This document shows, piece by piece, positions 58,584 through 64,000 of a stretch of DNA of 64,000 nt. The stretch covers positions 528,213 to 592,212 of the forward strand of contig OZ246398.1 of the NCBI GenBank assembly GCA_965230995.1. The letters are read 5' to 3'. Position 1 is the stretch's first letter; each line of letters opens with the position of its first letter. A model generated the notes under the pieces. The model did not search any database. It was not told where the DNA came from and saw nothing but the letters and a program-made list of their open reading frames with translations. The stretch is from an uncultured Candidatus Saccharibacteria bacterium (GTDB taxonomy: Bacteria > Patescibacteriota > Minisyncoccia > Phycocordibacterales > G965230995). A program made the translations under genes and the position numbers.

Positions 58584-58944
58584 ATGTATGTTTTTTCATA
58601 AAATCTGCGGGAAAACGTTTTTCAAACTCCTCCATTCTATCACCTAGAGCTTTTTCTACATCAACATTCAATACGTGGGCTAATTTAAAAACTAAAAAAG
58701 CAATATCGCCGATAGAATCTTCCATCTCGTCTCTGCTCTCTGTTATTATCTTTCTCAACAAAACCTCGTCTTTTTCTAGATGCTTAACAATATTCCAAGT
58801 TTCTCCAACCTCCTCGATGATATTTAATAAAATACCATATACTTGATATGTTTCCGCCCATTTTCGTTCATCAACGAAATCAGCAACTTCTTTTTGCTTG
58901 TCTTTTATAGTTTTTGACATGTTATATGTACCAGTATATTCCAT
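58534..58944 (-). CDS. MazG-like nucleotide pyrophosphohydrolase (single domain)
   Basis: EEVGETWNIVKH and DIAFLVFKLAHVLNVD (MazG EExxE/D motifs); alternative start at the Met at 58920. Overlaps the kinase gene 3' to 5' by 50 nt. Confidence 0.55.
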   Translation of the reverse strand: MEYTGTYNMSKTIKDKQKEVADFVDERKWAETYQVYGILLNIIEEVGETWNIVKHLEKDEVLLRKIITESRDEMEDSIGDIAFLVFKLAHVLNVDVEKALGDRMEEFEKRFPADFMKKHTFAGNRRAGGFDKKYDK

Positions 58945-59186
58945 TTATAATTAGATACAACTTCATATTTATAATCTTACCCTCAATTAATATATAACAG
59001 GCTACTTTTTTATGCTAAAATAACAAAATGAAATATGAACAAACGGGGCAAGGGGAATCATATTATCATTCAATCTTGAATGAAGCAGTTAGAATGCTGG
59101 ATCAAAACAGAGAAAAAGAAGCAGTAGAAAAAGTAAAACAGGTACTCTAAAACCCAGCAAGCTATTCTGAATTAACAGATAGAAAT

Positions 59187-59477
59187 TTGGATGAAGTATT
59201 TTCAAAATTTCCAGCTGAAAACGTGAGCAAATTCAGAGAGACTATTGCAAATTTAATAAGAGCAAAATTAACACCCGATAGAAGAGCAGTAATAGAAATT
59301 GAAACTACACAGCCAGGTAGTTACGAAAAAAGCAAAAAACAAGTCACGCTAACATTCCACCCAGATATATTTGTAACATCGAATGGAAGCACCTCAATTC
59401 AAGCAATGGAGGATAATGAGGATCAATGTAGAATCCACAGCATCTGCAGAATAGTCCCTGAGTTGTTAAAAAACTAG
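59187..59477 (+). CDS. Small hypothetical protein (96 aa)
   Basis: ORF only, in an AT-rich stretch. Confidence 0.25.
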   Translation: MDEVFSKFPAENVSKFRETIANLIRAKLTPDRRAVIEIETTQPGSYEKSKKQVTLTFHPDIFVTSNGSTSIQAMEDNEDQCRIHSICRIVPELLKN

Positions 59478-59537
59478 AAAATAGATTTTATCATTACAGA
59501 ATATTTTATCTAATGTATTTTAAGTATTATATTATAA

Positions 59538-60326
59538 ATGAAGTCAAATATATCAATAAGTGTTGTCATTCCAACATATAACAGAAAAGAAAAAACATTA
59601 AGAGCTGTTAATAGTGTTTTGGAGCAAAATATTGATAACCTAGAGATAATCGTTGTTGATGATGGATCAAATGACGGTACTTATGAGTACCTGATTGAAA
59701 AAGATTTGCCAATAAAAGTAATTACAAAGGAAAACGGAGGAGTCTCAAGTGCGAGAAATATTGGAATTAAGCACTCTGCTGGCAATTACATTGCTTTCCT
59801 AGATTCAGACGATATTTGGTTGCCCCATAAATTGGAAAAGCAGATAAGGGTTTTTGAAGAAAATCCAGACATTAGCCTTGTTTATACCGATCAATATCTA
59901 AATATAGACGGGAAAAACTTGGAACAAACAAGGTTTGAGAGGAATGCACCAAACAAGAGGATGTCCTTACCGGGCTTTGTTGATTATACTCCAATACACA
60001 CATCTACTGTGTTGGTGAAAAAGGAAGTTCTGGACAAAGTTGGAAATTTTAGTGAAGAGTTAAAAGTACATGAAGATAGTGAATTGTGGAATAGAATAAG
60101 CGATTATGGTGAGTTTGGATATGTTGAAGAACCACTATCGGTCTATTATTGGGAATCAAGTGCTGAACATATCACTGCTGAAAAAAATAAGAAAAAATTT
60201 ATTGAAAACGGAAGAAAGTATTTAGAACTATATATTAAGAACAAAAATAGAGATTTAAATGATATTGAAAAAGAAGCCGTCAAAGAAAGCTTGAGAATAA
60301 TTGCAGAAATGGAGGGAAAAGAGTAA
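59538..60326 (+). CDS. Family-2 glycosyltransferase (GT-A fold)
   Basis: ISVVIPTYNRKEKTLRAVNSVLEQ... IVVDDGSNDGT... FLDSDD (DxD). Confidence 0.75.
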   Translation: MKSNISISVVIPTYNRKEKTLRAVNSVLEQNIDNLEIIVVDDGSNDGTYEYLIEKDLPIKVITKENGGVSSARNIGIKHSAGNYIAFLDSDDIWLPHKLEKQIRVFEENPDISLVYTDQYLNIDGKNLEQTRFERNAPNKRMSLPGFVDYTPIHTSTVLVKKEVLDKVGNFSEELKVHEDSELWNRISDYGEFGYVEEPLSVYYWESSAEHITAEKNKKKFIENGRKYLELYIKNKNRDLNDIEKEAVKESLRIIAEMEGKE

Positions 60327-60594
60327 AAACACTATACATGGCAATATCATACAACTCAAAGCTAATAGTAGGTATTATGGGTGGCATTTAAATATTAAAA
60401 AGGTCCTTAATTTTGGATATAATACAAAAAGGTTTCCTGTTCATTTTGAACAGCATGTGTAATAGAGTGTTCTCTTAAACCTATCTTGTACTATTAACAA
60501 AAGAGTATGGCTAAGATACCCACACATTTTCTGATAGGTATCACCAATATAATTATTAAATAATAGTTATTTGTAATCTTTTTACCCTTTACTT

Positions 60595-61464
60595 ATGCTA
60601 AAAAGATGTTATTATACTCGGATGAATGAAGGTAACTTAAAATATTGGTTTTCAGTAATTATTCCAGTCAAGGACGATTTAAGGATAATTAATCTTATTA
60701 ATTCAATAAATAAACAGGCTGGAAAAGATAAAATTGAATTCATTATTTCCTTCAATGGATCAAGCGAAGATTTCATCGATCTTGTAAAGGAAAAGATTTC
60801 AAATAATGATAATTATCATATATTGATTTCAGACATAATTGGTACAGCTAACGCAATAAATTTTGGAATCCTTAAGTCCTTGTCCTCTAGATTTGTCATC
60901 ATTGATAGTGATTGTACTATTGGAGATAATTATTTTCAAATAATGAATGAAAATCTTAACCAAAACATGATTGTCAACGGACGGATAATTTTTTTAGGAA
61001 ATAATTTATTTTCAAAATACACAGCAAAACTACGAACTATAGTTTATAATAATCAGAATAGTGTATTTTATACCCCTAACCTCGGTATGCACAGAGAGGT
61101 AATTAAAGACCTTGGTTTATTTAACACAAAATTAAAATACGGATTTGATTCTGAATTTAGCTCAAGAGTTATTAATACTGGATACAGAGTACATTTTCAA
61201 CCAAATGCTGTGATCTTCCATTCATGCCATGAAAATTTATGGAGAGAGATTTTGATTTGGATTCATTATGGGAAAGGCCGAGCTTATCGGTACAATTCTG
61301 GTTGCTTTGGCAACAAAAGCCTTAAAAATCTTATAAAAACACTTTCAGCACCTAAAATTATCTCTACTAAAAATAGTATAATTTTAAATCTTTTCATTTG
61401 CTTATATTTTCTTGTAAGAGATCTAGCTATGTTATTGGCACTATTGTTTAAAAAGTATGATTAA
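60595..61464 (+). CDS. Glycosyltransferase-like (divergent GT-A)
   Basis: FSVIIPVKDD... VIIDSDCTI; weaker match. Confidence 0.45.
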   Translation: MLKRCYYTRMNEGNLKYWFSVIIPVKDDLRIINLINSINKQAGKDKIEFIISFNGSSEDFIDLVKEKISNNDNYHILISDIIGTANAINFGILKSLSSRFVIIDSDCTIGDNYFQIMNENLNQNMIVNGRIIFLGNNLFSKYTAKLRTIVYNNQNSVFYTPNLGMHREVIKDLGLFNTKLKYGFDSEFSSRVINTGYRVHFQPNAVIFHSCHENLWREILIWIHYGKGRAYRYNSGCFGNKSLKNLIKTLSAPKIISTKNSIILNLFICLYFLVRDLAMLLALLFKKYD

Positions 61465-62905
61465 TACACACGAACATTCTTTTAAATTTAAAAGTATAAA
61501 TCGTTCAAGGAAAGATATATACGGATACAAAACAAGATACAAACTTACTATATTTTTTTCTCTACTATCAAATGATGAGAAACTTAAAAATATAATTGTG
61601 GATAAAATTGAAAAACAAGTCATTGATTATCTTAGTGAAATAGATCTTTCTAGTCTAATTGAAAACACAGATAACGTTTCTCTGCTGGACTGGATTATCA
61701 GAAAACTTAGAAAAATTTTTCCTATAAGGAATGCAATTATCATTAAAGCGACCTTATCTGAGGAAGGCAAAAAGGACATAAACCAAAATTTTATCTCAAT
61801 AAAAAATAAAATAGAAAATATAATAATTTACAACGATAAAATAAAAATAAATAATTCTGAAAAAAGTACCAAAAATATCAATTTTTCTAAAAAATTTATA
61901 TTCTTTAGAAAAATCATCAATGAATTACAATTACAAAATAATGTTGGGCAGGTTAATAAGTTTACAAACAAACCTGATTGGAAAAGCATAGAAGACCTGC
62001 TTAAGAACACAAATGAGGACATCTATCTCTGTAACTATATTTGCCCGCCTTACGTTAATGATGAAAAACTCGGGTATATTGGCTTGTTTGACTCTGTTGT
62101 TAAAAATCCCAGAGAGTTCAATTTTGACTATGACTATATAAAAATTATAAGCAACCTTGAAAAGGTAATCCTGCTTGGTAAAAAATTGCAGTTACCTATC
62201 AGAGGATTAATAGTCTTTTGTGATTGGGGATTAATAAATATTGATGGAATAAAGTCAACACTTAAAACAGATTTAGAAATCCAATTACAATTAAGGAAAT
62301 TTAAGGATTCCCTAGATGATTTATCACTTAAATACTCAGAAATAAATGTCATTGGTTTATCTCAAATGGGAATTGCAGATTATCTACCTCTGGGCTTACC
62401 TTTCTCGTCCAAGGAAAGAAAGAAATTCTTAAATGAAATCAGTAAAAATGAACATAAAATTTTTTCTATAATCGATAGAGATTTTTTTACTAAGACATTG
62501 TCGTGGATAAATGATCAAAATTTAATCAGATTTCTTGATTGGAAAAATTTTAATGAACTAAGTACTTGGGGTATTCTAAAAGAAGATATAATAAATATAA
62601 TAAAGACATATGAGAATATTTTATGGATGAAAATCAATAAAAAATACTTCAAATCTACAAAAGATTTGATGCGATTAAAGGCAAATAAAGAATTGAGAGA
62701 AGAAGCATTTTATGATGCCCTGTTAAGATACGTAGAATACAAAACCTATGGGCAGATAACGTCATTAAGGTTTAGTAAGACAATCTGTCTTTATCAAGAT
62801 ACTGGTTTTCCAGTAGCAGGACATCACTTTAGAAATCACCAGATGCCAATAATCTTTCTTGACCCAAATATAACACAAGAGAAACTAAAATTTGAGGAAA
62901 ATTAA
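61457..62905 (+). CDS. Hypothetical 482-aa Asn/Lys/Ile-rich protein, orphan
   Basis: Long ORF with no recognisable motif; overlaps the preceding glycosyltransferase-like gene by 8 nt (probable operon). Confidence 0.3.
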   Translation: MINTHEHSFKFKSINRSRKDIYGYKTRYKLTIFFSLLSNDEKLKNIIVDKIEKQVIDYLSEIDLSSLIENTDNVSLLDWIIRKLRKIFPIRNAIIIKATLSEEGKKDINQNFISIKNKIENIIIYNDKIKINNSEKSTKNINFSKKFIFFRKIINELQLQNNVGQVNKFTNKPDWKSIEDLLKNTNEDIYLCNYICPPYVNDEKLGYIGLFDSVVKNPREFNFDYDYIKIISNLEKVILLGKKLQLPIRGLIVFCDWGLINIDGIKSTLKTDLEIQLQLRKFKDSLDDLSLKYSEINVIGLSQMGIADYLPLGLPFSSKERKKFLNEISKNEHKIFSIIDRDFFTKTLSWINDQNLIRFLDWKNFNELSTWGILKEDIINIIKTYENILWMKINKKYFKSTKDLMRLKANKELREEAFYDALLRYVEYKTYGQITSLRFSKTICLYQDTGFPVAGHHFRNHQMPIIFLDPNITQEKLKFEEN

Positions 62906-62982
62906 CTAATTTATAGATATTGTATTAACCATTTTTTTCTGATATCCTTGGATTAATCTGTTTTAGTAGTATATATAAAAAT

Positions 62983-64000
62983 ATGGAAAATCTCAATGAC
63001 CTTAATAATAGCCCTATTGAACCAGAAAAAAGTACCGAAGTGAAAGAAAGGTATGAACCTTTTGCAAAAGAGAAGTATTGGCAAGATTTCTGGGAAAAAG
63101 AAGGTGTGTATAGATTTAACCCAGAGCAACCAGGTCGTGTTTTTACTATTGATACTCCGCCACCAACAATATCAGGCTCACTTCACTTGGGTCATATTTT
63201 TTCCTATACTCAAGCAGAAATAATCACTCGTTTTAAAAGAATGCAGGGTTTAAATGTCCGTTATTCATTTGGTCTTGATAATAATGGTTTACCAACAGAG
63301 CGGCTTGTAGAAAAAGAAACCGGCATAAGAGGCAACAATGTAGGTTTAGAAGACTTTACAAGAATTTGTCTTGAAGTAACGGAAAAATATAAACATCTGT
63401 ATGAGGACTTATGGAAATCTATTGGTCTCAGTGTAGATTGGCGATTAGAATATTCAAGCATCTCACCAGAAGTCCAAAGGATAGCACAATCAACCTTCAA
63501 AGAATTGTATGAAATGGGAGCTATCTATAAGAAAAACGCGCCGGCTCTTTATTGTACTGAATGCCATACATCTTTTGCTCAGGCAGAAAAAGAGGACAAA
63601 GAGAAAGAAGCTGTATTTTACGATTTAGCATTCAAGACAGAGGGTGGTCAAGAATTAATTATTGCTACAACACGGCCTGAACTACTTCCTGCGTGTAGTG
63701 CTGTTTTTGTTCATCCAGATGACACTAGATTTACGGATCTGGTAGGTAAAAAGGTTATTACTCCTTTTGGTCATGAAGTTGAAATAATGACAGACGAAAA
63801 AGTTGAAAAAGAAAAGGGTACTGGGGCAGTAATGTGCTGTACTTATGGAGATGAAACTGACATATACTGGGCAAAAAAACATAACTTACCAGAAAAAATT
63901 ATACTCAATAAGGATGGTAAACTTCAAGGAGTTAAAGAAATACCCCAACTTGAGGGAAAGAATGTAAAGGAAGCCAGAGAAATTATAGTTGCAAAATTAA
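62983..64000 (+). CDS. valS: Valyl-tRNA synthetase, 3'-truncated at the window end
   Basis: Not in the ORF track (no stop before the window end): PPPTISGSLHLGHIFSY (HIGH), editing-domain TTRPELLPACSAVFVHPDD. Confidence 0.85.
   Translation, partial: MENLNDLNNSPIEPEKSTEVKERYEPFAKEKYWQDFWEKEGVYRFNPEQPGRVFTIDTPPPTISGSLHLGHIFSYTQAEIITRFKRMQGLNVRYSFGLDNNGLPTERLVEKETGIRGNNVGLEDFTRICLEVTEKYKHLYEDLWKSIGLSVDWRLEYSSISPEVQRIAQSTFKELYEMGAIYKKNAPALYCTECHTSFAQAEKEDKEKEAVFYDLAFKTEGGQELIIATTRPELLPACSAVFVHPDDTRFTDLVGKKVITPFGHEVEIMTDEKVEKEKGTGAVMCCTYGDETDIYWAKKHNLPEKIILNKDGKLQGVKEIPQLEGKNVKEAREIIVAKL

Noticed and set aside
59038-59160. 40-aa ORF just upstream of the 96-aa hypothetical gene, considered as a frameshifted N-terminus (pseudogene)
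   Set aside because: The two ORFs are in different frames with no obvious slippery site, and neither has recognisable similarity.

Overview
This 64 kb window is low-GC and densely packed on both strands. Many genes are short versions of well-known enzymes, which fits a small-genome, Patescibacteria/CPR-like bacterium (inference from gene style only).

Housekeeping content:
- tgt.
- uvrB, uvrA and uvrC in one cluster, with a minimal two-component pair between uvrB and uvrA.
- ddl.
- Six aminoacyl-tRNA synthetases: leuS, alaS, gltX, tyrS, serS and partial valS.
- A contiguous ribosomal/rpoA block: infA-rpmJ-rpsM-rpsK-rpsD-rpoA-rplQ-rplM-rpsI.
- grpE-dnaK-dnaJ.
- zwf, a cysteine desulfurase, ychF, mnmA and mltG.

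Unusual loci:
1. LeuRS carries a complete Nudix hydrolase domain with a perfect Nudix box inside its CP1 editing region.
2. A defence islet sits beside tRNA-Ala(TGC), whose 3' 20-mer is duplicated 130 bp downstream. It holds a controller/C5-methyltransferase/MspI-like endonuclease R-M system and an 857-aa PHP-like phosphoesterase fused to a Rad50/OLD-type ABC ATPase.
3. A ~450 bp insert between the peroxiredoxin gene and zwf is much more GC-rich than its surroundings and encodes a strong-RBS 80-aa ORF with foreign codon usage.
4. Three ATP-grasp ligases (two RimK-like, one L-amino-acid-ligase-like) are clustered beside a ROK kinase.
5. An ATP-cone/Mrr-like nuclease fusion lies between mnmA and the MgtC-family gene.
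6. An AT-rich glycosyltransferase islet with a 482-aa orphan protein sits near the 3' end.

No rRNA, CRISPR array, transposase or integrase was seen.
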